Of a stretch of 57,238 nt of DNA, positions 10,808-21,531 are shown piece by piece. This stretch comes from Candidatus Endobugula sertula. Its GTDB lineage: Bacteria; Pseudomonadota; Gammaproteobacteria; Pseudomonadales; Cellvibrionaceae. The DNA lies in contig MDLC01000015.1 of NCBI GenBank assembly GCA_001723645.1, positions 1-57,238 of the forward strand, given 5' to 3'. Under the pieces are notes generated by a model that was not told the DNA's origin, made no database searches, and worked only from the letters and a program-made list of their open reading frames with translations. The stretch's first letter is position 1. Each line of letters begins with the position of its first letter. The translations under genes and the position numbers were made by a program.

Positions 10808-11338
10808 GGATATCTCAACATTAATGCATAGGTTTGATCGTAATTAACATAGCATTGTTTTAAATATTAGGCCATTTTGCTGATTAAATATCAATCGTTA
10901 ATCGCTGAAATAGCCACAGAAAAGACAAACCTGTTGACTTTAAGGGGCTTTTGTGGCCCCCTACGCACTGGGGAACTTCATGAAGGTATGGGCTTTGGTC
11001 AATATTCCCTAAAGTTGTGGCAAGTTATTAGCCGTAGTTGTTGGTAGTACCGCCTACAATAGGGGCATCAGCATTAGCCGCTTTACTTCCTTACTTATTC
11101 AATAGGCAAACGGTTTATCACTGTTCTGTTGCGGAAGCATGATGCTAGATATTTTGATTTGGAGCTAAAGATTTTTGGTAATTTAGTAGGTAGTAGGTCA
11201 ATACGGATGAAGCGACTGTCGGTGGTGTATTGGATAGATTGTAAGAGTAGTACAAATCACGATTAACAGATTTAGCCACAACATATGTTAGTAAAGTAAG
11301 TAATAACAAATGCAACGCTACATTGGAGATCTTGGGAG

Positions 11339-12481
11339 ATGTTAAAAACAACAAGTCGGCTTGTTGCCTGGTTGTCTGTTCCTACGTTATTGCTGACCAG
11401 TGGTCATGTTTTAGCGGAAGAGAATGGGCGCTCTACAGTCAATATGCCACAGGGGGTAACCTCTACCAGTCAAGATATTTATGGGCTGCACATGGATATC
11501 TTTTGGTGGTGTGTAGGTATTGGTGTCGTCGTTTTTGGCGTCATGTTTTACTCGATGATTGTTCACCGTAAGGCCAATGGGGCTAAAGCGGCTAATTTCC
11601 ATGAGAGTACAATGCTGGAAATTGTGTGGACTGTCGTGCCATTCCTTATTTTGATTCTTATGGCTTGGCCAGCAACAAAATCGCTGGTAAAGCTTTATGA
11701 TACGTCTGAGTCTGATGTTGATATTGTAATCACTGGTTACCAGTGGTTCTGGAAGTACGAATATCTGGATCAGGGGGTCAGCTTTTTTAGCCGCCTAAGT
11801 ACTCCCGAAGAGCAGATTCGCAACCAAGCACCAAAGGGTGATAACTATCTACTAGAGGTTGATGAACCTTTACTCATCCCCACCAATAAAAAAGTTCGTT
11901 TCTTAGTGACATCCAATGATGTGATTCATTCTTGGTGGGTCCCTGATTTGGCGGTTAAGCGCGATGCAATTCCCGGTTATGTGAATGAAAGTTGGACTTA
12001 TGTGAATGAGCCAGGAACCTTCCGCGGTGTGTGTGCTGAATTGTGCGGTAAAGACCATGGATTTATGCCCGTTGTTGTTAAAGCGGTAGAAGAAGGCGAG
12101 TACAATACTTGGTTAGCTGATCGCCGAGCTCAAGCGGAAAAAGAAAAAGAGCTAGCCAACAAAACATTTACTTTTGATGAACTGATGGTTCAGGGTGAAC
12201 AAGTCTATGGCAAGGCCTGTGCGGCCTGTCATGGTGCCAACGGTGAAGGGGGGGTCGGTAAAGCGATTGCCGGTAGTCCTATTGCCACTGGCGATCTGTC
12301 TGGGCATCTAGACATAGTGATTAACGGTAGTCAGGTGAACCCTGCAATGGCCGCTTTCAGAGAGACGTTGTCTGAAGTGGATACTGCTGCTGTTATCACT
12401 TATCAGCGTAATGCGTTTGGTAATAGCACGGGTGATGCAGTGCAACCAATCGATATCCTCAAATTTAAGCAAGGCAATTAA
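11339..12481 (+). CDS. coxB: Cytochrome c oxidase subunit II with C-terminal cytochrome c domain
   Basis: Signal/TM N-terminus, the CuA site DVIHSWWVP...CAELCGKDHGFM, and a C-terminal CAACH heme-c motif. Confidence 0.95.
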   Translation: MLKTTSRLVAWLSVPTLLLTSGHVLAEENGRSTVNMPQGVTSTSQDIYGLHMDIFWWCVGIGVVVFGVMFYSMIVHRKANGAKAANFHESTMLEIVWTVVPFLILILMAWPATKSLVKLYDTSESDVDIVITGYQWFWKYEYLDQGVSFFSRLSTPEEQIRNQAPKGDNYLLEVDEPLLIPTNKKVRFLVTSNDVIHSWWVPDLAVKRDAIPGYVNESWTYVNEPGTFRGVCAELCGKDHGFMPVVVKAVEEGEYNTWLADRRAQAEKEKELANKTFTFDELMVQGEQVYGKACAACHGANGEGGVGKAIAGSPIATGDLSGHLDIVINGSQVNPAMAAFRETLSEVDTAAVITYQRNAFGNSTGDAVQPIDILKFKQGN

Positions 12482-12507
12482 GTCGCAAGAATAAGAGAGA
12501 GAATATT

Positions 12508-14058
12508 ATGGCCCACGGTCCTGCTAAAGGTTTTACACGGTGGTTATATACTACTAACCACAAAGACATTGGTTCAATGTATCTTTGGTTCAGTTTTGCA
12601 ATGTTTCTTTTGGGTGGTGTATTTGCCCTGGTGATTCGTGCAGAGTTATTTGAGCCAGGGTTACAGATTGTTGAGCCAGGATTTTTTAACCAAATGACAA
12701 CCATGCATGGTCTAGTTATGGTTTTTGGTGCGGTGATGCCAGCGTTTGTCGGTCTTGCTAACTGGATGATTCCCATGATGGTGGGTGCTCCTGATATGGC
12801 ACTGCCGAGGATGAATAACTGGAGTTTCTGGATTCTTCCATTTGCCTTTGCCATGATGGTGGCTACCTTGTTTATGGAAGGTGGTGGTCCTAACTTTGGT
12901 TGGACTTTCTACGCTCCGTTGTCTACGACTTATGCACCACCTAGTGTTACCTTCTTTATTTTTGCTGTGCACATTATGGGGGCCAGTTCGATCATGGGCT
13001 CCATTAATATTATTGCAACCATTTTAAATATGCGTGCCCCTGGCATGACCTTAATGAAAATGCCATTGTTTGTTTGGACTTGGTTGATTACAGCTTATCT
13101 ATTGATTGCGGTCATGCCAGTATTGGCGGGTGTGGTTACCATGATGTTGATGGATATTCACTTTGGTACGAGTTTCTTTGATGCGGCTGGTGGTGGTGAT
13201 CCAGTGTTATTCCAGCATGTTTTCTGGTTCTTTGGTCACCCTGAAGTATATATCATGATCTTACCTGCCTTTGGTATTGTGAGTGCCATTATTCCTACGT
13301 TCGCACGTAAGCCATTGTTTGGTTACTCTTCTATGGTATATGCAACCGCTTCCATTGCATTCTTAAGTTTTATCGTTTGGGCTCACCACATGTTTACGGT
13401 GGGGATGCCAATTGCAGGTGAGTTGTTCTTTATGTATGCCACCATGTTGATCGCTGTGCCTACGGGTGTGAAAGTATTTAACTGGGTTACAACTATGTTC
13501 CGTGGTGCCATGACATTCGAAACCCCCATGCTATTTTCTATTGCCTTTGTCATCTTATTTACCATTGGTGGTTTCTCTGGCTTAATGCTGGCGATTGCTC
13601 CAGCAGACTTCCAGTATCACGATACCTACTTTGTGGTGGCTCACTTCCATTATGTATTAGTGCCAGGAGCCATTTTCTCGATCACAGCGGGTGTGTACTA
13701 CTGGCTGCCTAAGTGGTGCGGCAATATGTATAACGAAACCATGGGTAAAACTCAGTTCTGGATGGCGTTTATTGGTTTGAACCTAACATTCTTCCCAATG
13801 CATTTTGTAGGCTTGGCGGGAATGCAACGCCGAGTACCAGATTACAACCAGTTTTTCGCAGACTTCAATATGATTTCTAGTTGTGGTGCCTTCTTGTTTG
13901 GCGCTGCACAAATCATGTTGCTCTATAATGTTATTTCAACAATTCGTGGTGGCAAAAAAGCAACCGATGAAGTGTGGGAAAATCCAGAAGGTTTGGAGTG
14001 GACCGTGGCATCGCCTGCCCCTTACCATACCTTTAGTACTCCGCCAGCAGTGAAATAG
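12508..14058 (+). CDS. coxA: Cytochrome c oxidase subunit I
   Basis: WLYTTNHKDIG, WFFGHPEVY and HHMF..G motifs. 516 aa. Confidence 0.97.
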   Translation: MAHGPAKGFTRWLYTTNHKDIGSMYLWFSFAMFLLGGVFALVIRAELFEPGLQIVEPGFFNQMTTMHGLVMVFGAVMPAFVGLANWMIPMMVGAPDMALPRMNNWSFWILPFAFAMMVATLFMEGGGPNFGWTFYAPLSTTYAPPSVTFFIFAVHIMGASSIMGSINIIATILNMRAPGMTLMKMPLFVWTWLITAYLLIAVMPVLAGVVTMMLMDIHFGTSFFDAAGGGDPVLFQHVFWFFGHPEVYIMILPAFGIVSAIIPTFARKPLFGYSSMVYATASIAFLSFIVWAHHMFTVGMPIAGELFFMYATMLIAVPTGVKVFNWVTTMFRGAMTFETPMLFSIAFVILFTIGGFSGLMLAIAPADFQYHDTYFVVAHFHYVLVPGAIFSITAGVYYWLPKWCGNMYNETMGKTQFWMAFIGLNLTFFPMHFVGLAGMQRRVPDYNQFFADFNMISSCGAFLFGAAQIMLLYNVISTIRGGKKATDEVWENPEGLEWTVASPAPYHTFSTPPAVK

Positions 14059-14131
14059 GTAAAATAGACAGTTAAATAAATAGTCATCAACAGTTATTTT
14101 TGCTGCTGATGACTACTTTGGGGCGTAGTTT

Positions 14132-14746
14132 ATGACTAAGCGTTTTTGGCAAGATAATTCAACACCTCTATTGTGCGTCAAGTTAGGTGCAATAGTCGTT
14201 ATGATGTTTGCCTTCGCTATTTTTATTATGCCCCCTTTGTATGATTTGTTTTGTGATATTACCGGTCTAAACGGAAAAACCGGAGGGCCTTTTGTTACGG
14301 GAAATGCAGAGAATGAGCTTGGTGTGGATACATCAAGAACGGTTAAAGTGCAATTTTTAGCAACCAATAATGAAAATATGCCGTGGGAGTTTCGCCCGCA
14401 GATAAAAACCATTACCGTACACCCTGGAGAGCCTACAGTAGTTAATTATCTTGCGGTCAATAATACCCGCTTTGACATGGTGGCTCAGGCAGTGCCTAGT
14501 TTAGTGCCATTTAAGGCAGCGAATTATTTTCATAAAACAGAGTGTTTTTGCTTTAATCAGCAGCCATTAGCTGCGGGTGAAAGTGCAGAGCTAGGTCTAA
14601 GTTTTATTGTTGATGTTGATATTCCTAAAAACATTAACACCATTACCTTATCTTACACTTTGTTTGATATTACAGAATCACAAAAGAAAAAAACGACACT
14701 CAATGTGATTAACAGTCATCAACAGCTGGCGGTAAATCAATTATGA
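14132..14746 (+). CDS. ctaG: Cytochrome c oxidase assembly protein CtaG/Cox11
   Basis: N-terminal TM helix, PLYDLFC and the CFCF copper motif. Position between coxA and coxC. Confidence 0.9.
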   Translation: MTKRFWQDNSTPLLCVKLGAIVVMMFAFAIFIMPPLYDLFCDITGLNGKTGGPFVTGNAENELGVDTSRTVKVQFLATNNENMPWEFRPQIKTITVHPGEPTVVNYLAVNNTRFDMVAQAVPSLVPFKAANYFHKTECFCFNQQPLAAGESAELGLSFIVDVDIPKNINTITLSYTLFDITESQKKKTTLNVINSHQQLAVNQL

Positions 14747-14784
14747 TTACCGTCAATAATGAATAAAAACAACGGAGAAATCCT

Positions 14785-15693
14785 ATGTCCGCCGAAGGCA
14801 ATTACTACGTTCCCGATCAGAGTAGGTTACCTATTTTTGCATCTTTAGGTTTATTTCTGACAGTCTATGGCGCGGCAACTAAACTGAATGGTGGCGGCTG
14901 GACGATCTTTATGTTGGGTGCGGTGGTCATGGCTGTTGTCCTATGGTCATGGTTTAGCACCGTCATCAGTGAAAATATTGCGGGCTTGAACAGTAACCAG
15001 CTTAAGAAATCCTACGTATGGGGCATGGGCTGGTTTATTTTTAGTGAGGTGATGTTCTTTGCGGCTTTCTTTGGCGCATTGTTTTATATCCGTAACTTTG
15101 CCTTACCCTGGTTAAGTGGTGAAGGTGATACATCGACAACCAACGCCATTTTATGGAGTGGTTTTGAAGCACAGTGGCCATTAATGGTCACACCAGATAT
15201 GGCGGCTAATGGTGATGCGGCAAAAGTCGTTGGTCCAGGTCAAAATATGAGTATTACCACGGCAGAATCGATTTGGAGTTGGTTACCACTGTGGAATACC
15301 ATTGTGTTATTAACATCGAGTGTGACAGTACACTTCGCTCACACAGCGTTAAAAAATAATAACAAGAAAGGCTTTAATATTTGGTTAGGCATAACGGTTG
15401 CCTTAGGTATTCTTTTCTTGGTCCTACAAGCAGAAGAATACATTCATGCCTACAGTGTTGACCTTACTTTAGATTCTGGTGTGTATGGCACTACCTTTTT
15501 TATGCTAACAGGTTTCCATGGTGCGCACGTGACCTTAGGAACCTTTATGTTATTAGTGATGTGGTTGCGTTCAGTATTAAAAGGTCATTTCAAACATGAA
15601 GACTGTTTTGGTTTTGAAGCGGCTAGTTGGTATTGGCACTTCGTTGACGTGGTGTGGGTTGGCTTATTTATCTTTGTTTATATCTTAGGATAA
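14785..15693 (+). CDS. coxC: Cytochrome c oxidase subunit III
   Basis: TGFHGAHV and WYWHFVDVVW motifs. 302 aa. Confidence 0.93.
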   Translation: MSAEGNYYVPDQSRLPIFASLGLFLTVYGAATKLNGGGWTIFMLGAVVMAVVLWSWFSTVISENIAGLNSNQLKKSYVWGMGWFIFSEVMFFAAFFGALFYIRNFALPWLSGEGDTSTTNAILWSGFEAQWPLMVTPDMAANGDAAKVVGPGQNMSITTAESIWSWLPLWNTIVLLTSSVTVHFAHTALKNNNKKGFNIWLGITVALGILFLVLQAEEYIHAYSVDLTLDSGVYGTTFFMLTGFHGAHVTLGTFMLLVMWLRSVLKGHFKHEDCFGFEAASWYWHFVDVVWVGLFIFVYILG

Positions 15694-15754
15694 TCAATAA
15701 GAGACACTATTTTTTAGCGTTTAACAGAGAGGGCTGTAGCCCTCTCTCAACGTC

Positions 15755-16009
15755 TTACTGATTATTTAACTGCTGTAGCTGTTCCTTCGTTAACTTTCTA
15801 TCCCAGGGTGCGCCACTTCCTAGTTGGCCTGTATACAAACCATAAAAAATGGTTGCCATTAACAATGATGCTAAGGTAATGCGAATACCTAAAGTATAGA
15901 GTGTACGCTTACTGGGAGAGTTCATGTCTTTTAATAAAAATACCAGCCCACTGGTTAAACTAATGAGTAAAGCGATAAATAATAAAACAACAATAATTTT
16001 TAATACCAC
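15755..16009 (-). CDS. Small two-TM membrane protein commonly found in proteobacterial cox clusters
   Basis: 84 aa with two hydrophobic helices. Same position and orientation as the small gene in Pseudomonas-type cox clusters (recalled synteny). Confidence 0.55.
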   Translation of the reverse strand: MVLKIIVVLLFIALLISLTSGLVFLLKDMNSPSKRTLYTLGIRITLASLLMATIFYGLYTGQLGSGAPWDRKLTKEQLQQLNNQ

Positions 16010-16036
16010 GATAAACTCCTAAATTAGGTTGTTAGA

Positions 16037-16786
16037 GTGCTGACTAATTTCCGTCTAGCTACGATGACACAACAATGGAAGTTGACATTGTTTGTGTTGT
16101 TTTTTTTGCCTCTGTTGCTGCGACTGGGTTTTTGGCAGTTGGAGAGAGCGGAAGAAAAACGGCAGTTGTGGATAGTGTATCAAGAACAGAAGCGCTTGCC
16201 AGCAGTACCATTGGATATTGATCAAAAACAAACCGTTACTCACTATCAAACGGTGATTGTTGAAGGCCATTATGATCGCCAACGCTATTGGTTGCTGGAT
16301 AATCAGCCACGTAATGGTCAAGTGGGCTATGAAGTGATTATGCCATTGCAAGTGGGTAAGCAATGGTTACTGGTTAACAGGGGCTGGGTAGCGGCTCCCG
16401 CTAGAAGAGATCAGTTGCCAGTATTGAAGACACCAGAAGGAAAGGTAACATTGCAGGGATATTTGCACCAACCTTCGCAAAATGCAGTGTTAAAACAGTT
16501 AGAAAGTGATTTACTCGTTGACTGGCCCAAGCGAGTATTGCAAATTAACCATTTTGCCGCACAGTCTGTGTTAAAGGCTGATGTGTATCCCACTCAATTA
16601 AGGATTAAAGACGATAGTCCTGGTGCTTTGATTACACAGTGGCCTGTGATGAGTACACAACCAGAAAAGCATCAGGGTTATGCGGTGCAATGGTTTACTA
16701 TGGCGCTGGTGTTGTTTTTGCTTTATGGTTGGGTGCTATTGTTTAGAACCGAAAGTAAAACATTAGAAAATAATAGAGAGAAATAA
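16037..16786 (+). CDS. SURF1-family cytochrome oxidase biogenesis protein
   Basis: N- and C-terminal TM helices, the GFWQL.R motif and YA.QWF near the C-terminus. GTG start. Confidence 0.85.
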   Translation: MLTNFRLATMTQQWKLTLFVLFFLPLLLRLGFWQLERAEEKRQLWIVYQEQKRLPAVPLDIDQKQTVTHYQTVIVEGHYDRQRYWLLDNQPRNGQVGYEVIMPLQVGKQWLLVNRGWVAAPARRDQLPVLKTPEGKVTLQGYLHQPSQNAVLKQLESDLLVDWPKRVLQINHFAAQSVLKADVYPTQLRIKDDSPGALITQWPVMSTQPEKHQGYAVQWFTMALVLFLLYGWVLLFRTESKTLENNREK

Positions 16787-16793
16787 ACCGACA

Positions 16794-17411
16794 ATGAATG
16801 ATTCACAAGATCCAGCATTAATAAAGCGTCATCGTTTTTATGGCGTGCTGATAGTGCTAATGATAGTAGCGCCTATGGTCATTGCTTACATCATGTTTCA
16901 GACGGGTTGGGGAGTCTCTGGCGGTACAACCAATAAAGGGCAGTTATTAACACCACCATTGGCCATTAAATCGCTCCCTTTAGTGGATGGATCAACTTAT
17001 CTTGAGGATTTAGTGAATGATCAATCGATCGGTAAAAAATGGCGTATCTTAGTTCCTGTGAAAGCAGATTGTAATGAAACGTGTAGGCGGCACTTGTATT
17101 TAACCCGACAAGTGCATATTCGTTTAGCAGAGAAGGCCTATCGTGTTGAAAGAATTTTTCTGGCGCTTGATACACTCCCTGAAAGTTTGAAACAAGAGCT
17201 AAATACAGAGCATCCCAATGTGCGTTGGGCAAAGTCCACTGCAAGCCATTTTGCTCAATGGTTAGTGCCAGCAGTGCTAGAAAATTCAGATCAATACTTT
17301 TATTTGGTAGATCAAACAGGTTTTATGATGATGCGCTATGATAGACATCATTCAGGACAAGACTTACTAGACGACGTAAAGAAGTTATTGAAGTTTACCT
17401 ATGATAAATGA
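16794..17411 (+). CDS. Membrane-anchored hypothetical protein of the cox cluster
   Basis: 205 aa with a single N-terminal TM helix. Sits between SURF1 and ctaA, as in other gammaproteobacterial cox clusters. Confidence 0.55.
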   Translation: MNDSQDPALIKRHRFYGVLIVLMIVAPMVIAYIMFQTGWGVSGGTTNKGQLLTPPLAIKSLPLVDGSTYLEDLVNDQSIGKKWRILVPVKADCNETCRRHLYLTRQVHIRLAEKAYRVERIFLALDTLPESLKQELNTEHPNVRWAKSTASHFAQWLVPAVLENSDQYFYLVDQTGFMMMRYDRHHSGQDLLDDVKKLLKFTYDK

Positions 17412-17474
17412 AGAGAGGTGTTAGATGTCTAGTGTGAAACGCATCGTATTGAATATCTCAGGTCTCACAAAGAT

Positions 17475-18524
17475 ATGTTATTTAGATCAACTCCAAAACA
17501 CACAGCACTTTTTCGCTTAACCCTGTCGGCTTTTCTATTAGCTATTGTGGTTGTCGTTTTAGGTGCCTTTACTCGCTTGGTGGATGCTGGCTTAGGTTGT
17601 CCTGACTGGCCGGGTTGTTATGGACATTTATTATGGCCTAATGAAAGCCATGAAATTGCTAAAGCCGAGGAGGCTTTTCCTTCCACTCCTGTTAAAACAG
17701 ACAAAACCTGGCCCGAGATGGTGCATCGGTATTTTGCAGGTGCGTTAGTGTTATTTATTCTTGCTATTTTTATTATTTCTTTACGCCAGAGTAAAGCAAT
17801 GGTTCTCATGGGGCTAGAGAGGTTACCTGTAAAATTACCGCTATTTTTGTTGTGCTTGGTTATGTTGCAAGCGGCATTTGGTATGTGGACAGTGACGTTG
17901 AAATTATGGCCTCAAGTGGTGACTGCACACTTGTTGGGCGGTTTTTCTACACTGTCGTTTTTATGGTTGCTTAATCAGCGGCTTGGAGGACAGCGTTGGG
18001 TGTTGATGGGTAGAGAGCTGGAGTTAATTCAAAAACTCAAACCTTTATTGTTACTGTCCTTGATCGTTGTGATTGTACAGATTGCACTAGGTGGTTGGGT
18101 CAGTTCTAATTATGCTGCACTAGCTTGCCCAGATTTTCCACAGTGCTTGGGGCAGTGGATTCCACCGATGGATGTACAAACTGGCTTTAATATTAGCCAA
18201 GATATTGGCCCGAATTATCTGGGAGGTCAATTGGATAACCATAGTCGTACAGCAATACATTTTTTCCATAGAATTGGAGCCTTAACAGTGCTTGTCGTAT
18301 TCTCAGCATTGAGTGCTATGTTGTGGCGAACTGGCGCTAAAGTTGTTCGGTCTTGGGCATTATTACTACTATGTGTTCTAGGGCTGCAACTCGTTTTAGG
18401 AATGAGTAATATTGTTTGGGCTCTGCCATTAGTTGTTGCGGTAGCTCATCATGCGGTAGGTGCTTTACTGCTGTTGGTTATGGTATCGATTTGTTACCGT
18501 GTATATACTGCAAGCATTAAGTAA
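17475..18524 (+). CDS. ctaA: Heme A synthase (COX15/CtaA)
   Basis: Multi-TM protein with GCPDWPGC and CPDFPQC motifs and conserved His in the TM helices. Confidence 0.85.
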   Translation: MLFRSTPKHTALFRLTLSAFLLAIVVVVLGAFTRLVDAGLGCPDWPGCYGHLLWPNESHEIAKAEEAFPSTPVKTDKTWPEMVHRYFAGALVLFILAIFIISLRQSKAMVLMGLERLPVKLPLFLLCLVMLQAAFGMWTVTLKLWPQVVTAHLLGGFSTLSFLWLLNQRLGGQRWVLMGRELELIQKLKPLLLLSLIVVIVQIALGGWVSSNYAALACPDFPQCLGQWIPPMDVQTGFNISQDIGPNYLGGQLDNHSRTAIHFFHRIGALTVLVVFSALSAMLWRTGAKVVRSWALLLLCVLGLQLVLGMSNIVWALPLVVAVAHHAVGALLLLVMVSICYRVYTASIK

Positions 18525-18560
18525 TCATTATTAGATGATAAAAAATTAAGAGCCATTACC

Positions 18561-19466
18561 ATGAGTGTTCATCAAGAAGTATTAGGCAAACCCTGTCCAT
18601 TATGGCGTGATTATTTGGAGCTTTGTAAGCCTAAGGTGGTTGCCTTGATGTTACTGACATCACTCATAGGCATGTTGCTCGCTGTGCCTGGTATGGTGCC
18701 TCTGGATATTCTCATTTTCGGCAATCTGGGTATTGCTTTGTGTGCAGGGAGTGCCGCAACCGTTAATCATTTAGTTGATCGTCGTATTGATATGAAAATG
18801 CAGCGCACTCACAATAGACCCGTTGCTAAAGGCCGTATTGAGTCGTATAACGCTTTAGTATTTGCCGTGGTCATCGGTGCAATAGGCATGGCAGTATTGT
18901 TTTTTTTCGTCAATGCCTTAACCGCTTGGTTAACTCTCGCATCTCTTATAGGTTATGCGCTGATTTATACGATGTTTTTAAAACGTGCCTCCCCGCAGAA
19001 TATTGTGATTGGTGGGTTGGCTGGTGCCACACCTCCTTTATTAGGCTGGACATCGGTGACGAATAATATCGATGCTTATGGTCTGTTATTGGTATTAATT
19101 ATCTTTGCTTGGACACCACCGCATTTCTGGGCTTTGGCTGTACATCGTAAAGATGACTATGCCAAAGCTGATATTCCTATGTTGCCAGTGACTCATGGTG
19201 AGCGCTACACCAAAATTCATATTCTACTCTATACCATCATTATGGTAATCATCTCTTTGCTACCTTATGTCATTGGTATGTTCCACTGGTTGTATTTATC
19301 AAGCGCCTTATTATTGGGGGCAGGCTTTATTTATTGGAGCCTGATGATGCTTTTCAATAAACATCCTAATGCACCAATGGAAACCTTTAAATATTCTATT
19401 ATCTATTTAATGGCCTTGTTTGCCATTATGCTATTGGATCACTATCTATTACCTATGAGCTTTTAA
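18561..19466 (+). CDS. cyoE: Protoheme IX farnesyltransferase (heme O synthase)
   Basis: UbiA-family motifs NH..DR.ID..M.RT..RP and [10 protein letters not shown]. Confidence 0.93.
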   Translation: MSVHQEVLGKPCPLWRDYLELCKPKVVALMLLTSLIGMLLAVPGMVPLDILIFGNLGIALCAGSAATVNHLVDRRIDMKMQRTHNRPVAKGRIESYNALVFAVVIGAIGMAVLFFFVNALTAWLTLASLIGYALIYTMFLKRASPQNIVIGGLAGATPPLLGWTSVTNNIDAYGLLLVLIIFAWTPPHFWALAVHRKDDYAKADIPMLPVTHGERYTKIHILLYTIIMVIISLLPYVIGMFHWLYLSSALLLGAGFIYWSLMMLFNKHPNAPMETFKYSIIYLMALFAIMLLDHYLLPMSF

Positions 19467-19487
19467 TAAACTGACGATTCCTATTTT

Positions 19488-19922
19488 ATGGATACACAAC
19501 AGAAAAATATTAAAAAAACAGTTTTTCTTCTTATTGTTGCCATGGTAACGATTCTGGCTTTGTTTTTACATAAAATAACAACACCACGATATCTATCGAA
19601 TATAGAGTTAAAAATTAATGGGTTAGTGATGCTTGAAGACAAACAGAAGCTGAATTTTGTCTCAGACAAGCTTAATGAATCTTGGATACTGATAGCGGCC
19701 GACAAAGAAGATAGGCAACGACTTGAAGCCTTGCTACAAATGCTTAAACCTTATTTAAGAAAAAAGGTAACCATTGTTGATCGATCTGAGGTTGTCGCGA
19801 CTTTCACCGATGATATTATCCCTGTTGTAAGGCCATCAGGTAAATACCTAGCCTATTTCAAGCCTCCTTATGAACAACATAAAATGTTACTCACATTGTC
19901 CTCACTACTCGCGCATCATTAA
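19488..19922 (+). CDS. Membrane-anchored protein at the SCO1/SenC position, lacking any cysteine
   Basis: 144 aa with an N-terminal TM helix. Occupies the slot of senC/SCO1 after ctaB, but has no CxxxC and no Cys at all. Confidence 0.45.
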   Translation: MDTQQKNIKKTVFLLIVAMVTILALFLHKITTPRYLSNIELKINGLVMLEDKQKLNFVSDKLNESWILIAADKEDRQRLEALLQMLKPYLRKKVTIVDRSEVVATFTDDIIPVVRPSGKYLAYFKPPYEQHKMLLTLSSLLAHH

Positions 19923-19939
19923 TCAAGTGTTGTTCATAT

Positions 19940-20734
19940 TCATAAAGCTCTGACTTTAGCACTAAACAATAATAGGCATACAAAGGCACTACTGGCACAA
20001 ACCACAATGGATGGGCCTGCAGGAGTGTCCCATAGTAATGAAGTGGTTAAGCCTCCTATCACCGATAGACAACCAAGAATACCTGACCATAGCACCATTT
20101 TTTCCGGTGAGTCAGCTAAATAACGTGCCGTAGCTGCTGGGATGATGAGTAGAGCAGTGATTAATAGAACGCCAACCATTTTAATCGATATAGCGATAGT
20201 TAAGGCTAACAACAGAAATAATAATAAGCGTATTTTATTAACCTGAATACCTTCAACGGCTGCCAGTGATTCGTTAACAGTTATAAATAACAAAAAGTGC
20301 CAATATCGCCAGATAGTAAAGCCAATGATGCTGCCTAGACCAATAATGAACACAACATCTGCAATCGTCGTAGATAGTAAGTCACCCAATAAGTAGGTGC
20401 TAAGGTCTACTCTCCCAGTATCAAATACACTGACTAAAATAAGTCCTAACGCAAGGCTTGAATGGGACAAAATACCTAATAGCGTATCGGTAGACAGCTG
20501 TTTTTGATTTTGCCAGCCGACTAACAATAGGGCAATGACGATACCACTAAGCACAATAGCAAGCTGAATATTAATTGTCAGTAATAAGCCAAAAGCGACG
20601 CCCAATAGTGACGAATGCGCTAATGTATCGCCAAAATACACTAATCGTTGCCAGACAATTAATGAACCTAAGGGTGCTGCGATGATAGCAACCCCGAGAC
20701 CTGCAATCAGAGCGGGTGCTAAAAACTCAATCAT
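19940..20734 (-). CDS. znuB: Zinc ABC transporter permease
   Basis: Multi-TM ABC-3 family protein. The likely start is MIEFLAPAL (20734), overlapping the znuC stop. The track ORF extends to 20782. Confidence 0.9.
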   Translation of the reverse strand: MIEFLAPALIAGLGVAIIAAPLGSLIVWQRLVYFGDTLAHSSLLGVAFGLLLTINIQLAIVLSGIVIALLLVGWQNQKQLSTDTLLGILSHSSLALGLILVSVFDTGRVDLSTYLLGDLLSTTIADVVFIIGLGSIIGFTIWRYWHFLLFITVNESLAAVEGIQVNKIRLLLFLLLALTIAISIKMVGVLLITALLIIPAATARYLADSPEKMVLWSGILGCLSVIGGLTTSLLWDTPAGPSIVVCASSAFVCLLLFSAKVRAL

Positions 20735-21524
20735 GGTGTTGGTCTTGATGTTTTTTATGAAGATAACCACCCTCTTTATCATTCACATCTAATACATCAC
20801 CATGTACATCATGGCTGTGGTCATGATGGTGGGTATAAATCGCCACATTGGTTCCGGTAGCGTGACCAAACATTTCTAGATAAGCTGGATGATTGGATAT
20901 CTTATCCGGGTGCCCATGACAGCAAATATGTTGATTAAGACAAATAACCCGGTCTGTTGCTGCCATCACAATATGTAAGTCGTGAGAGACCATTAAAACG
21001 CCACATTTCAACTCACTTCTAAGCTGGGCAATGAGATCATAGAGTTGGCTTTGGCCAGTGATATCCACTCCTTGTGCAGGTTCATCCAGAACCAATAGTT
21101 GTGGCTGTCGAAGTAAAGCCCGAGATAATAAAACCCGTTGGGTTTCTCCTCCTGATAAATGGTGCATGGAGGTTTTTTTTAATCCTTGAACACCGGTTTT
21201 TTCTAGAGCCTGTTCAATATGTAATGTGCCATGGTGGGTTAATGATAAGAAACGCTCTACGGTAAGAGGCATCTGAGGATTAAGCTGCAAACGTTGAGGC
21301 ATATAGCCAATAGTCAGCTCTGGTGAGCGGATTACCTTTCCCCTAGTCGGTTTGCGTAACCCCAACAGAATATTAAGTAAACTGCTTTTTCCTGCTCCAT
21401 TGGGGCCAATAATAGTGACTATTTCATTGGCTGATACCGTTAAATCAATGTCTTGCAGTAAAGTACGTTGTCGATCTCGAAGAGAGATTTCTTGAGCTTG
21501 TAACAGAGGTTCGGTAGATAACAT
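20727..21524 (-). CDS. znuC: Zinc ABC transporter ATPase with His-rich C-terminal tail
   Basis: Walker A GPNGAGKSS, signature LSGGETQR, Walker B LLVLDEP. C-terminal HHHDHSHDVHGD. Confidence 0.92.
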   Translation of the reverse strand: MLSTEPLLQAQEISLRDRQRTLLQDIDLTVSANEIVTIIGPNGAGKSSLLNILLGLRKPTRGKVIRSPELTIGYMPQRLQLNPQMPLTVERFLSLTHHGTLHIEQALEKTGVQGLKKTSMHHLSGGETQRVLLSRALLRQPQLLVLDEPAQGVDITGQSQLYDLIAQLRSELKCGVLMVSHDLHIVMAATDRVICLNQHICCHGHPDKISNHPAYLEMFGHATGTNVAIYTHHHDHSHDVHGDVLDVNDKEGGYLHKKHQDQHHD

Positions 21525-21531
21525 ATTTATT

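Noticed and set aside
12465-13565. Antisense or alternative-frame ORFs inside conserved genes, for example 12465..12854, 12712..12972 and 13383..13565. Similar ones lie inside rph, frmA/frmB, polA, pstC/pstA/pstB, the relaxase and rtcB.
   Set aside because: They are shadow ORFs within genes whose annotated frame has strong family motifs.
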